This document shows positions 47,622 through 57,995 of a stretch of DNA of 64,000 nt, in pieces. The notes under the pieces are model-generated. The model did not search any database. It had not been told where the DNA came from and was given only the letters and a program-made list of their open reading frames with translations. The position numbers and the translations under genes are program-made. Location of the stretch: assembly GCA_965220745.1 (NCBI GenBank), contig CBDCQT010000012.1, positions 320,001 to 384,000 of the forward strand. The letters are read 5' to 3'. Origin of the DNA: Alphaproteobacteria bacterium (GTDB taxonomy: Bacteria; Pseudomonadota; Alphaproteobacteria; UBA828). Each line of letters begins with the position of its first letter. Positions within the stretch are counted from its first letter, which is position 1.

Positions 47622-48854
47622 CTAAGACGCTCCTTGTCCAGGCTCCGTCGCGTTGACGAGCGCGGCCATGTTTCCATACGGGTGGCGGTTCTCGTACATC
47701 TGCTGATGCGCCTCGCCGATTTCGTCGAACGAGAAGGTGTGAGACAGGCAGGGATCGACCTTCCGGTCCATGATCATCCGGTTTACGGCCGCGGCCTGCT
47801 CGTCGTTCGACAGGTGGCTGCCCTGAAACCGCTTCTGCCGCATCCAGTGGTAGCGAAGGTCGAGTGTCGCGGTGTACCCGGTCGTTCCGGCGCAAATGAC
47901 GATCATGCCGCCTGTCGCGCACAGGAATCCCGAGGTTGGCAGCGTCGCCTCGCCGGGGTGCTCAAAGACGATGCGGGGGCTCGCCTTCTCTCCAGCCGCT
48001 TCCCAGAAGGCCTTGCCGAACGCCCGGGCGCCCTTGAACCACTGCCCCCAATCCTCGCTGCTCGTGTCAGGCATCGGACCCCAGTGGTCGAAATCGTTCC
48101 GGTTAATCACGCCGACGGCGCCGTGGTCGAGACAGAACTGCCGTTTCTCTCCATCGGACACGACTGCCACCGGTTTGCCGCCGTTTGCCGTCACGATCTG
48201 GAGCGCCAGCGCGCCGAGCCCGCCGGCGGCGCCCCACACCAAAACGTAGTCGCCCTCTTCGACGACGTTCGGCGACCAACCCATGAGCATTCGGTACGCA
48301 GTCGACGCACAGAGCAGGTAGCAGCCGGCGGCCTCCCACGAGAGATGCTTGGGCTTCGGCTGACACTGGTGAGATTGGGCCCGGGCAAACTGGCAGTAGC
48401 TGCCGTAATTGGTCTGGTAGCCCCAGATGCGCGTGCTTTCGGCGAGCATGGGGTCGCGTCCGGACAGCACCCACGGGTCGTCCGGCTCCCACCAACCGCT
48501 ATGGACGACGACTTCATCACCGGGGCGGACGTTTGTCACCTGATCGCCGACTGCGAACACGATGCCCGAGCAGTCGCTGCCGCCCGCATGAAAGTCCTCC
48601 GGCTCTCCCTTCCTCTGCCGGTCGGCGATGACATCGACGGGCGTGCCGAGGGCCGCCCAGACATTGTTGTAGTTGATTCCGGTTGCCATGACGTAGACGA
48701 GCACGTCGAGCGGACCGATTTCGGGGGTGTCGATGACTTCCCGCTGCCAAGCGTCCCTGGGTTCGCCGAAACGATCCTGGCGCACGAGGAACGCATGCAT
48801 CTTTTCCGGCACCTCACCCAGCGGCGGGCGATCGCCGAGATCATATAACTCCAT
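47622..48854 (-). CDS. ccr: Crotonyl-CoA carboxylase/reductase family enzyme
   Basis: [60 protein letters not shown]. Confidence 0.85.
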   Translation of the reverse strand: MELYDLGDRPPLGEVPEKMHAFLVRQDRFGEPRDAWQREVIDTPEIGPLDVLVYVMATGINYNNVWAALGTPVDVIADRQRKGEPEDFHAGGSDCSGIVFAVGDQVTNVRPGDEVVVHSGWWEPDDPWVLSGRDPMLAESTRIWGYQTNYGSYCQFARAQSHQCQPKPKHLSWEAAGCYLLCASTAYRMLMGWSPNVVEEGDYVLVWGAAGGLGALALQIVTANGGKPVAVVSDGEKRQFCLDHGAVGVINRNDFDHWGPMPDTSSEDWGQWFKGARAFGKAFWEAAGEKASPRIVFEHPGEATLPTSGFLCATGGMIVICAGTTGYTATLDLRYHWMRQKRFQGSHLSNDEQAAAVNRMIMDRKVDPCLSHTFSFDEIGEAHQQMYENRHPYGNMAALVNATEPGQGAS

Positions 48855-49078
48855 TTGCTTCCTCCCCTCACGCTCCGCGATCCACATTGGGGACGAAGCC
48901 GCAGGCACTAGGTCTTCACGCGATAACCCGCTATCAGCAGCGCGTGAGTGCTTAAGCTATTTCGATATCTCACTAATTGTCGAGTAAATCTGCTGCCATG
49001 CTCTCCCCAGAATTCGAGTCATCGCCGAAACCCTGCCGTCTCACACCATCGGCTTCGCCGATGCGGTCCCCGACTCCG

Positions 49079-49771
49079 CTACGCCGGTGTACCGGTCTGT
49101 GGGATCGGCAGTCCGAACAGGAAACGCCGGCTGCCCGCCAGCTCGCGGCGGCGCTTCAGGTCCATGGTGCAGTCCTCGGCGGCGTCCAGGGCGCGCACGG
49201 CGCTCTCGTAGAGCGGCAGCGCTGCGGCGACGGCGACGGAAGGCCGGATGCGCTCCACGGTGAAGTCCAGCTTCTCGCGCGCCTGCGCGATGGTGTAGCG
49301 GCCGTCCCGCACCCAATCGACGGTGATCCAGTCCAGGGTCTCCAGGAAGGAGAGCGAATCCGCCGCCTGCACGAAGTCGGCCTCCCAGCCGCCGCCGATC
49401 TCGTGCCGCAGGATGAGCCGGCGTACGCGCCGGATGAACGCCTCGTCCGGCGCCGGCGTGCGGCTGCGCAGCCATTCCTCCACGATGTTCGCAGACCGGG
49501 TGGAGTGCGCGAAGAGATAGTCGGGATCGTCGAAGCCGTTGGTCGGCGTGCTGGACGGCCCGCCGGGGAAGAATCGCTCGGCGTCATGCGTCAGCGCCGC
49601 GAACCTGAGCTCGGGCGAGGCCTCGGGGCAGATCTTGACGGTCCACACGCGTGTCGCGATCAGGTGCTCCAGTTGGTAGAAGCCGTCCAGCCATTCCATC
49701 GCGTCGTCTTCCAGCCGCGAGAGACCGGCGTTGGCATAGCGCCCGCGGGCGGGATACTCCATGTCGGTCAC
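49079..49771 (-). CDS. HD-domain (DUF4202-like) putative phosphohydrolase
   Basis: EH, THDAER, HSTRSA, RHE, AADSLSF metal-ligand pattern; GTGA overlap with the upstream Mo subunit. Confidence 0.65.
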   Translation of the reverse strand: MTDMEYPARGRYANAGLSRLEDDAMEWLDGFYQLEHLIATRVWTVKICPEASPELRFAALTHDAERFFPGGPSSTPTNGFDDPDYLFAHSTRSANIVEEWLRSRTPAPDEAFIRRVRRLILRHEIGGGWEADFVQAADSLSFLETLDWITVDWVRDGRYTIAQAREKLDFTVERIRPSVAVAAALPLYESAVRALDAAEDCTMDLKRRRELAGSRRFLFGLPIPQTGTPA

Positions 49772-52143
49772 CTCATCGTGGCATCGGAGCCGCGCGCGTC
49801 CCGTGCTTCCGACAGCGCTTGCCAGACACGCTCCGGCGTGAGCGGCAGGGTCGAAATCTCCACGCCATGGTCCGCCAGCGCATCGCAGACGGCGTTGGTG
49901 ACGGCCGCCGCCGGCGGGATCGTGCCGACCTCGCCGACGCCGCGCACGCCGAAGGGCGTGACCGAGGAAGGGACCTCGGTGTGCAGCAGGTCGATGGGCG
50001 GCACATCCATGATGGTAGGCGCGAAGTAGTCCAGCATGCTGCCGCTCACGAGCTGGCCCGTGCTCGCGTCGTAGCGAAGCTCCTCCGCCAGCGCCGCGCC
50101 GAGCCCCTGCACCAGACCGCCCCGCACCTGGCCGTCGACGAGTGGTGGATTGACCACGACGCCGCAGTCGTGCGCCATCACGAAGCGCTCCACGTCGAAC
50201 TCGCCGCTCTCGTCATCGACCGAGACGACGGCAGCGGCGGTGCCGAACGAGAACGACGCGTGCGAGGGCTCGAAGTGAGCGGTCGCCTCCAGGCCCGGCT
50301 TCTCGTCCTCCGGAATCCCCTGCCCGATGATGGCGCGGGTGAAGATGTCGGCGAGCGGCACGGTACGGCCGGGCTCGTCCGCCACACGCACCACGCGCCC
50401 GCGCACCTCCAGCGCGTCCAGTGTCGATTGCAGCACCATGGCCGCGATGCGAAGCGTCTTGTCGCGTAGCGCGTTGGCGGCCTCGCGGATGGCGCCGGCG
50501 GCGGCGATCAGGGTGCGGGAGGCGAAGGCGCCCGTGTTCAGAGGCGATGCCCCGCTGTCGCCTGCATGGACCGTGATGGCCTCGTAGTCGATGCCGAAGA
50601 CCTCGGCGCAAACTTGCGCGAACGCCGTCTCGCTGCCTTGCCCGAAGGTTGAGACGCCAGTGTAGAGGTCGATGCCGCCGGAGCGGTTGGCGCGCAGGAC
50701 GACGCTCTCGTGGGCGCCGAAGCGGGAGCCGCGCCCCGCGAGGAAGCGCGCACTGGCGTAGCCCGTGCGCTCGACGAAGGAGGCGAAGCCGATGCCCGTC
50801 AGCCGCGCGTCGTCGCGGCACTCCCGGCCTTCGGCGCGATGGGCGTCGTAGTCCACGGCGTCGGCGGCCAGCTGCAGGGTCCGCAAGTAATCGCCGTTGT
50901 CGTAGACCGCGCGGCTCGGCGTGGTCCAGGGCAGGTCTTCCGGCCGCAGCATGTTCGTTCGCCGCAGCTCCAGCGGGTCAATATCGAGACGCCGCGCCAG
51001 CCGGTCGATCAGGACCTCCAGGGCGAAGTTCACTTCCGGCTGACCGTAGCCGCGATAGGCCCCGATCGGCGTCTTGTTGGTGAGCGCGACGCGACGCTCC
51101 ACCGCCGCATCGGCCACCCTGTAGGGGCCGGTGAAGACCACGCTGGAAAGCTGCGCCGAGCCGTAGGTGGAGTTCCAGGCGCCGAGGTCGGTGGTGTACT
51201 GGTTGGTGATTGCGACGATGCCCCCGTCCGCCTCGGCGCCGATGCGGACGTCGTGCACGGCCTCCCTTGCGTGAGTGCTGGCGCGGAAGAATTCCAGGCG
51301 GTCCTCGATCCACTTGACCGGGCGCCGCAGCGCCATGGCGTGCAGCACCGCCAGCACGTCCTCGGGATAGAGCCCGAGCTTCATGCCGAAGCCGCCGCCG
51401 ACATCGGAGGCGATAACGCGAATGTAGCCCTCGTCGAGCGGCAGGCACTCCGCCAGCTGCTGCCGAATCAGGTGCGGCGTCTGGGTGGAAGCGTAGACTT
51501 CGAGCACGCGCGCGCCGGCGCGCCAGTGGGCGACGATGCCGCGCCCCTCCATCGGCAGCGCGCTCACCCGGTTCACATGGAAGCGCCCCTCGACGACGGC
51601 CGGGGCCTCGGCCATGCGGCTCTCGGGATCGCCGGCGCGATCCACGTTGCTGGTCAGCAGGTTGGACGGCAGCGTCTCGGGATGCAGCACCGGCGCGTCG
51701 TCGGCGAGTGCACCGAGCGTGTCGGTCACGTGCGGCAGCGGCTCGTAGTCGATGTCGATCAGCTCCAGCGCGTCCTCGGCGATGGCGCGGCTGGTCGCGA
51801 CCACGCTCACCACGGGCTGGCCCTCGTGGATCGCCTCTTCGCCGGCCAGCGCGTAGTAGGGCAGCAGCGGCGCGCCGGGCACGGGCCGCAGCACCGTGAG
51901 CGGCTCGCTCGCGGCCCGCACGTCGCCGCCGATCAGGATGTGCCGGACGCCGGCAAGCGCGCGGGCTTGCGCCACGTCGATCGCGCCGATGGCGGCGCGG
52001 GGGAAGGGGCAGCGGCCCACCGCCATCTCCAGCTGATGGGCCAGCTGCACATCGTCGGTGAAGAGGCCGTCGCCGCGCAGCAGGCGGTCGTCCTCCTTGC
52101 GGGGGAGCGCGGCGCCGATAAGGCTACGGCGGGGTACGCTCAC
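49768..52143 (-). CDS. XDH-family Mo-binding large subunit
   Basis: DVGGGFGMK, AYRGYGQPE, RGVGEVG; GTG start overlapping the FeS-subunit stop. Confidence 0.92.
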   Translation of the reverse strand: MSVPRRSLIGAALPRKEDDRLLRGDGLFTDDVQLAHQLEMAVGRCPFPRAAIGAIDVAQARALAGVRHILIGGDVRAASEPLTVLRPVPGAPLLPYYALAGEEAIHEGQPVVSVVATSRAIAEDALELIDIDYEPLPHVTDTLGALADDAPVLHPETLPSNLLTSNVDRAGDPESRMAEAPAVVEGRFHVNRVSALPMEGRGIVAHWRAGARVLEVYASTQTPHLIRQQLAECLPLDEGYIRVIASDVGGGFGMKLGLYPEDVLAVLHAMALRRPVKWIEDRLEFFRASTHAREAVHDVRIGAEADGGIVAITNQYTTDLGAWNSTYGSAQLSSVVFTGPYRVADAAVERRVALTNKTPIGAYRGYGQPEVNFALEVLIDRLARRLDIDPLELRRTNMLRPEDLPWTTPSRAVYDNGDYLRTLQLAADAVDYDAHRAEGRECRDDARLTGIGFASFVERTGYASARFLAGRGSRFGAHESVVLRANRSGGIDLYTGVSTFGQGSETAFAQVCAEVFGIDYEAITVHAGDSGASPLNTGAFASRTLIAAAGAIREAANALRDKTLRIAAMVLQSTLDALEVRGRVVRVADEPGRTVPLADIFTRAIIGQGIPEDEKPGLEATAHFEPSHASFSFGTAAAVVSVDDESGEFDVERFVMAHDCGVVVNPPLVDGQVRGGLVQGLGAALAEELRYDASTGQLVSGSMLDYFAPTIMDVPPIDLLHTEVPSSVTPFGVRGVGEVGTIPPAAAVTNAVCDALADHGVEISTLPLTPERVWQALSEARDARGSDATMR

Positions 52144-52631
52144 GGTGAGGTCTCGGACTCGTCCACGCCCAGGTACGCCTCCACCGCGCGCAGGATGTTC
52201 TCGTAGCCGGTACAACGACAGAGCACGCCGACAAGCTCTTCGCGGATCTCCGCGCGGGAGAGCGTGCGCCCGCTGGCCTTCAGGCTCTCCGCCAGCATCA
52301 GGAAGCCCGGCGTGCAGTAGCCGCACTGCAGCGCGTGATGCCGCTTGAAGGCCTCCTGCGCGGCGTTCAGGCGGTCGCCCTCGGCCAGGGCTTCGACCGT
52401 TGTTACCTCCGCGCCGTCCAGCTGCACGGCGAGCATGAGGCAGGACTTGATGGCGGCGCCGTTCACCAGGATCGTGCACATGCCGCAGACGCCTTGCTCG
52501 CAGCCGACGTGGGTGCCGGTCCAGCCCAGGCGATGACGCAAAAAGTCGGCCGCGTGCATGCGAACCGGCACCTCCGCCGACACCGCCTCGCCGTTCAGAC
52601 GGAAGGCGATGGCGCGCTCAGTGCCGCTCAA
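52140..52631 (-). CDS. XDH-family 2x[2Fe-2S] subunit
   Basis: GCEQGVCGMC, QCGYC, LCRCTGY; TTG start overlapping the CoxG stop. Confidence 0.9.
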   Translation of the reverse strand: MSGTERAIAFRLNGEAVSAEVPVRMHAADFLRHRLGWTGTHVGCEQGVCGMCTILVNGAAIKSCLMLAVQLDGAEVTTVEALAEGDRLNAAQEAFKRHHALQCGYCTPGFLMLAESLKASGRTLSRAEIREELVGVLCRCTGYENILRAVEAYLGVDESETSP

Positions 52632-53125
52632 CGGCTGCCCCCTCGGGCTGAGGCCCCCGCGCAAGGCTCGCCTGCAGCCGCAAGCGCTTGCTCCAGGTTG
52701 GAGGCGAATTCGGCGGTCACCTTCGCGGCGTGCTTGTTGATCACCGCGCTGCCGACGGTGCCGAGCACGCCGGCGAGCGCAACTTCGCCCTCCACCGCGA
52801 TGCAGGTCTCGCCGCCTGCCTCCGTGAGCGTGACCGCGTTCTGCGCCCTGAAGTTGCCGACCGCGCCGCGCACCGCCTTGCCGGTGGCGGTGAACGCGAT
52901 GCGCGCCCCGGCAACGCGTTCGGTGATGCGGACCTTGGCCTGGAAGGTGGTCGACATGGGTCCGAGTTTCTGGGTCGCGCGGACGGTGTAGCTGTCGTCC
53001 TCGCCCGCGAGCGGCTCGACCTCTTCGACGCCGGGCATGCACCGCGCGACCTCAAGCGGCCGCTCGAAGAAGCGCCAGACCTCCTCGCCGCTCGCCCGGA
53101 TGCGAAACTCGTGGCGATACTTCAT
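52628..53125 (-). CDS. CoxG/SRPBCC subunit
   Basis: VWRFF...ARCMPG, GTVGSAVI; located between the FAD and FeS subunits. Confidence 0.88.
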   Translation of the reverse strand: MKYRHEFRIRASGEEVWRFFERPLEVARCMPGVEEVEPLAGEDDSYTVRATQKLGPMSTTFQAKVRITERVAGARIAFTATGKAVRGAVGNFRAQNAVTLTEAGGETCIAVEGEVALAGVLGTVGSAVINKHAAKVTAEFASNLEQALAAAGEPCAGASARGGSR

Positions 53126-53994
53126 CGCGCGGACGCCAGTGCCGAAGCGCGCAGGTCGCGCAGTACCCGCGCGATGTAGATCGGCACCAGGTGGGCGCGG
53201 TATTCGGCCGAGCCCCGGATATCGTCGGGTGGGTCGATGGCGTCGCGCGCGGCCTCGCCTGCTGCCGCGATGTCGGCATCGTCGAGACGGCTTCCTTCCA
53301 GCAGCGCCAGGCTTGCCTCGGCCAGAACCGGCGTGTCGTTGACCCCTCCGAGCCCGATGCGAAGCCCGCGCCAGCGGCCGTCGTCAGCGACCCGCCCGGT
53401 CGCCGCCACCGAGAGCACGCAGAAATCGTTGTGCCGGCGGCAGCACTCGCGAAAGGCGAAGTGCGGCGGATGCGGGGGAACGCGAACCTCAGTCAGCACC
53501 TCGTCGGGCGCGAGAGTGGCGGCGTAGGCGCCTTCGTAGAGGCCTTCCATCGCGATGGTGCGCGCGCCGGATGGCCCGAGCACGTGGACCGTAGCGCCGA
53601 GGACCAGGCAGCTCAGGGGCATTTCGCCGGTCGGATCGCCCTGCACCAGGCTGCCGCCGATGGTGCCGCGGTTGCGTACCTGGCGGTCGCCGACGAAGGC
53701 CACCATCGCCTTGAGCAGGGGCAGCCGCTCCGCGACGAGGGGCGAGAATTCGAGCGTGCTGTAGCGGACCAGAGCGCCGATCCTCGTCTCGTCCCCCTCG
53801 ACCGTCATCTGGGCGAGGTCGGTGAGCCCGTTGATGTCGACCACCGCGTCCGGACGCCAGAGCCGCATGTTCATCATCGGCATCAGGCTTTGGCCGCCGG
53901 CCAGAATGCGGGCGTCGCCGTCGTAGTCCTGGAGGTGGCGCACCGCTTCGGCGATGTCGCCCGGCCGGTGGTAGGCGAAGTCGGCGCTCTTCAC
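53122..53994 (-). CDS. XDH-family FAD-binding subunit (CoxM-like)
   Basis: MKSADFAYHRP, AGGQSLMP, RNRGTIGGS, DDIRGSAEYR. Confidence 0.9.
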   Translation of the reverse strand: MKSADFAYHRPGDIAEAVRHLQDYDGDARILAGGQSLMPMMNMRLWRPDAVVDINGLTDLAQMTVEGDETRIGALVRYSTLEFSPLVAERLPLLKAMVAFVGDRQVRNRGTIGGSLVQGDPTGEMPLSCLVLGATVHVLGPSGARTIAMEGLYEGAYAATLAPDEVLTEVRVPPHPPHFAFRECCRRHNDFCVLSVAATGRVADDGRWRGLRIGLGGVNDTPVLAEASLALLEGSRLDDADIAAAGEAARDAIDPPDDIRGSAEYRAHLVPIYIARVLRDLRASALASAR

Positions 53995-55088
53995 CGGTCT
54001 CGGTGTCCGGGGCTCGCCGTCGCTACCCGGCCGCCCGAGAGCCTGGCGAGCACGTGCCCGACCGCGCTCCTGCTCTCGGAGACCAGACCCGCGCTCTCCC
54101 GCTGGCTCCACACCGTCTCGGGGCGGACCTGGAGGACCCGCACCGCGCCGTCCGCGCCGATGGCCCATTCGATGTCCTGCGCCGCGCCACGGTGTGTCTC
54201 GATCCGCTTGGCGAGCGTCGCCAGCGCGAGCGCCTCGTCGTCGTCGATGCAGGCCGTGTGCCCCCGCTCGGCCGCGATCGGCAACAATCTCACCGCGCCT
54301 GCAGCGGGATCGAAGCGATATTCCTCCGTTTGCAGCACGATCTCCCGCCTGACGATCTCCAGCGTCACCTTGTCGACGGTGAAGCGGCTCGGGGTTACGT
54401 CGCCCTTGACCACGCCTTCGCCGAGGCCCCAGCAGGCCTCCATGACGATCTTGGAGCGATCGCCGTTGAGCGGGTCGAGGGTGAACATGACGCCGGCGGC
54501 ATGCGCCTCCACCATCTGCTGGACGCCGACGCAGATACCGTCGCCGCCCGCGGCCGCCGCGTCGTCGCCGCCCGCGCGGTAGGAGAGGGCCGTGTCGCCG
54601 AACATGCTGGCCCAGCACGCTCGGACATGCCGCAGCACGGCATCGGCGCCCGCGATCCAGAGATAGGTGTCGTACTGGCCGGCGAAGCTCGCATCGGCGA
54701 GGTCCTCGGCCTCGCCGCTGGAGCGCACGGCCACCGGCACGCCTGGCCGGCCCGTCCTTTCTTCCAGGATCGCGTAGTTGCGCCGGATTGCCGTCTCCAG
54801 CTTATCCGGCATCGGGGAGGCGCCGATGGCCTCCACCAGCCGCGCCCGCGCCTCACCGATCTCCGCGAGGGCCGCGCGGCGAGCGGCCTCCCTCACGAAC
54901 GCGGCCTTATCGGCGAGGCCCGCGTGAGCCATGAAGACGCGATAGGCCGTTGTGGTCACGCCGAAGCCGGGCGGGACCGCGAAGCCGGCCGCCGTCATCG
55001 CGGCGAGGCTCGCGAACTTGCCGCCGAGCAGCGGGTTTCCCGGCGCGCCCTCCTGATCCAGCCACAGAATGTGGGGATCGTCGGTCAC
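53991..55088 (-). CDS. PEP synthase ATP-binding domain protein (phenylphosphate synthase beta-like)
   Basis: GGKFASL, VAVRSS..AED...SFAGQYDTYL, WGLGEGVV, QDIEWA, LQVRPETVWS. Confidence 0.88.
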   Translation of the reverse strand: MTDDPHILWLDQEGAPGNPLLGGKFASLAAMTAAGFAVPPGFGVTTTAYRVFMAHAGLADKAAFVREAARRAALAEIGEARARLVEAIGASPMPDKLETAIRRNYAILEERTGRPGVPVAVRSSGEAEDLADASFAGQYDTYLWIAGADAVLRHVRACWASMFGDTALSYRAGGDDAAAAGGDGICVGVQQMVEAHAAGVMFTLDPLNGDRSKIVMEACWGLGEGVVKGDVTPSRFTVDKVTLEIVRREIVLQTEEYRFDPAAGAVRLLPIAAERGHTACIDDDEALALATLAKRIETHRGAAQDIEWAIGADGAVRVLQVRPETVWSQRESAGLVSESRSAVGHVLARLSGGRVATASPGHRDR

Positions 55089-56974
55089 GGCGCGGTGCGC
55101 TCCAGAACCGTCACCGTGCCCTCGTTGCCGTCGACCTCCACCTGATCGCCGGTCTGGATCGTCGCCGTGGCAAAGCCCACGCCGACCACCGCCGGCAGCC
55201 CGTACTCGCGCGAGATGATCGCGGTGTGGGCCATCATGCCGCCCACGTCGGAGACCGCCGCGCCGATACGGCCGAAGACGGTCGCCCAGCTCGGCGCCGT
55301 GATCCGGCAGACCAGGATCTCGCCCTCATCGACGCTGTAGAGGTCTTCGGTGCGGGTAATCACGCGGGCCGGCCCGGTCACCTTGCCGGCGGACGCGGGC
55401 ACGCCGCGCAGGACATCGCCGGCGGCGGCGGGATCGACGCCGAGCCACTCCTCGATCGTCTTCTCCGTAATTCCCCAGAGCATGATGGTGATGGGCTCGG
55501 TCACGACCGACGGCGGGGTTCCCAGCGCCGGCGGCGGCGTCCACTTGCAGAGCGAATCCCGGATGCGCCGCCGCCGCTGGACGATGGGCCGCCAGTAGAC
55601 CTCGCCGCGCGGCGGCGAGCCCGTGGCCCAGCCGATCAGCAGGTCGTAGAGCGCGTCGTAGACCTCGTGGCGATGCAGGTAGAAGAGGTCCTCGCGGTCA
55701 TCGAGGAAGTCGTGCGCCACGAAGACATCCGCAAGTTCCCGCACCTTCGACCAGAAGATCGTGTGGTGCCAGTGCTCGACGTAGAAGTTGTGGTCCTCGA
55801 CGTAGGGGAAGACCTTGCAGGTGAGCGCGAGCAGGCCGTCGAAGGCCTCGCGGTCCTGATCGGTGGGCAGGAGCGCGCGGTATTCCGCCGTCACCCGCTG
55901 CCGCTCCGCCAGCAGCTTCTCCAGCGGGCGGCGGATGTCCTCGCCCCGCTGCAACGCCTCGACATAGCCGCGCAGCGCGATGAAGGGAAGCCGCAGGTCG
56001 TCGATCCAGACCGGGTCGGAATGGTCGTAGCCGACGCCCGTGGAGAAGTGGAACCACGGCTCCTTCGCCGCCTCGAAGGCTTGCAACCATTCGGCCCCGC
56101 CGTCTGCCTCCGCCATGGCCGCCAGCAGCGCGTCCGGGTCGTCGTGTTGCAGGACGATGCCGGCGAGGTTCCGCTCGACCGCCAGCTCGGCCAGCTCGCG
56201 GACCTTGTCGTCGGGCCGCAGCAGCAGGTTGTCGATGCCGCAGACGATCTGCGTCAGCGTCCGGTCGGTGATTCCCGGAAACGCCTGCTGGCAGAATTCG
56301 CGGAAGGTCAGGTAGGCGCCGTAGCCCAGGTTCAGCATCTCGAAATGGTAGGAGCCCATTTCGAGCATGTTCTCGATCAGCCGGTTGTAGGCGCTGAGCA
56401 GGTCGTGGGAGGAGTAGACGCCGCGGTGGCCGAAGACGTTCTCCTCCGGCTCCAGCTCCGGCAGCGGGCGGAACTCGATCTCGTTCAGGCGGGCGATGCA
56501 GTCCTTCGCCTTCTCAGCCCAGTTGCCGTAGATCTCGTCCCAGTTCTCGAAGTAGTGGCCGGCGCGGCGGGTGAAGTGCTCGTTGCGCGCGGCGATCTGC
56601 TCGGGATCGGTGACGCTGTTGGGGCTGACGTAGATGTAGCCGTTGACCAGCCGCTGATCGATGCCCATGGCGACCGGAATCGGCCAGACCCGGCTCGCCA
56701 TCTGGCTGGCGGCCACCCACCAGTTCTCGGTCATGATGGTGTCGAAGGGATAGAGCGGCTCCGGGTTGTGCATCCCGTCGAAGAACCAGAACTTTCCCTC
56801 CTCCATCGCGCGACGCTCGTCGCTGATCAGGCAGTAGTAGGGATAAAGCTCTTCCCAGCCCTCCGCGCCGTCGGGCGTGGGCAGCTCGAACGGGCTCGGG
56901 AAGCCCCGGTTGGGGGCGGGCGTGGCCGCCGCGGCCGCCTGTCCCGTCCCGCCGCTCTCGGGTGATTCAGTCAT
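55085..56974 (-). CDS. PEP-utilising phospho-His protein (phenylphosphate synthase alpha-like)
   Basis: GWEELYPY, FWFFDGMHNPEPLYPFD, YHFEMLNLGY, EDHNFYVEHW, C-terminal GGMMAHTAIISREYG phospho-His motif. Confidence 0.85.
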   Translation of the reverse strand: MTESPESGGTGQAAAAATPAPNRGFPSPFELPTPDGAEGWEELYPYYCLISDERRAMEEGKFWFFDGMHNPEPLYPFDTIMTENWWVAASQMASRVWPIPVAMGIDQRLVNGYIYVSPNSVTDPEQIAARNEHFTRRAGHYFENWDEIYGNWAEKAKDCIARLNEIEFRPLPELEPEENVFGHRGVYSSHDLLSAYNRLIENMLEMGSYHFEMLNLGYGAYLTFREFCQQAFPGITDRTLTQIVCGIDNLLLRPDDKVRELAELAVERNLAGIVLQHDDPDALLAAMAEADGGAEWLQAFEAAKEPWFHFSTGVGYDHSDPVWIDDLRLPFIALRGYVEALQRGEDIRRPLEKLLAERQRVTAEYRALLPTDQDREAFDGLLALTCKVFPYVEDHNFYVEHWHHTIFWSKVRELADVFVAHDFLDDREDLFYLHRHEVYDALYDLLIGWATGSPPRGEVYWRPIVQRRRRIRDSLCKWTPPPALGTPPSVVTEPITIMLWGITEKTIEEWLGVDPAAAGDVLRGVPASAGKVTGPARVITRTEDLYSVDEGEILVCRITAPSWATVFGRIGAAVSDVGGMMAHTAIISREYGLPAVVGVGFATATIQTGDQVEVDGNEGTVTVLERTAP

Positions 56975-57065
56975 GCGTGGCACCTCGCGTCCTGCCGCCC
57001 GGCATCATGCCACGCGTGCGCCCAATGGTTCACGGCCATAGGGCGAGGCGGATCGAGCGGGGGCG

Positions 57066-57995
57066 CTACTCGGCGGCGGCCGCGGCCTCCTGCGGCTCCC
57101 ACTCGGGGATGCGGCCGTCGTAGTAGGGCATCTGCTCGACCCGCGGTGTCCATGAGCCGTCGTCGATGCACTGGCGCACGTGTTGCGCGATCTCGTCCAT
57201 GGTCGCGAACCAGACGCCGCCCTTCTCCTGCAACGCCTCGATCCACGCGGCCACGCGGCGCATCCGCGCGAGCCGGCCCGAGACGAAGGGGTGCCAGACG
57301 GTGATCAGCATGCCGCCGTTCTCGTACATCGCCTCGAACTCGGAATCGAAGACCCGCATGGCCTCGTCCGGCGACTTGATGGTCATGGTGTAGTGGAAGT
57401 CGAGGCTGTGCATGTAGTGCGGCCAGTCGTCCATGCCCCAGTGGGAGGGCAGGCAGATGACCTCGCCCTTGGGCGTGTTCAACACGTAGGGCACGTCGTC
57501 GCCCATCAGGCTCGCGTCGTAGAGCATGCCACGCTCAGCCAGCAGCGTCGGCGAGTGCTTGGACGCATTGTAGAGCGGCGCGCGCCAGCCGCGCGGCGCC
57601 TGGCCGGTCATGCGCTTGATCACGTCGATCTGCCGGTCCAGCCAGTACTCCTGGCGATCGCGGGATTCGTCGTTGGGGTTCTCGTGGAGGTAGCCGTGGG
57701 CCGCGATCTCGTGCCCGCCCTCCAGGATCGCATCCACGAGATGCGGATAACGCTCCATACACCAAGCCGGATAGAAGAAGGTCTGCTTGATGCCGTAGTG
57801 GGCGTAGACCTTCAGGATCCGCGGGATCGCCACCTCGTCGTACTTCAGGAACGAGTTGGCCGAGAGCATGTTCTCGGCCTTGTCGGGGAAATCGAGGTGC
57901 AGGATGCTGTCGGTGTCGATGTCGAAGGTGATGGCCACGGCGCAACGCGCGCCGTCCGGCCACGGCACCGGGTTCTCGATCAGCTTGAGCGTCAT
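57066..57995 (-). CDS. Polysaccharide deacetylase/NodB (PuuE-like) amidohydrolase, cytoplasmic
   Basis: WPDGARCAVAITFD, HEIAAHGYLH, GWRAP, WHP. Confidence 0.85.
   Translation of the reverse strand: MTLKLIENPVPWPDGARCAVAITFDIDTDSILHLDFPDKAENMLSANSFLKYDEVAIPRILKVYAHYGIKQTFFYPAWCMERYPHLVDAILEGGHEIAAHGYLHENPNDESRDRQEYWLDRQIDVIKRMTGQAPRGWRAPLYNASKHSPTLLAERGMLYDASLMGDDVPYVLNTPKGEVICLPSHWGMDDWPHYMHSLDFHYTMTIKSPDEAMRVFDSEFEAMYENGGMLITVWHPFVSGRLARMRRVAAWIEALQEKGGVWFATMDEIAQHVRQCIDDGSWTPRVEQMPYYDGRIPEWEPQEAAAAAE

Noticed and set aside
47168-47677. 169-aa minus-strand ORF across the repeat elements
   Set aside because: Low-complexity translation with no transposase motifs; the region is better explained as non-coding repeats
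53991-56974. Split PEP synthase pseudogene, or anaerobic phenol carboxylation pathway
   Set aside because: Domain order and motifs match a natural PpsA/PpsB pair; no phenylphosphate carboxylase genes in the window
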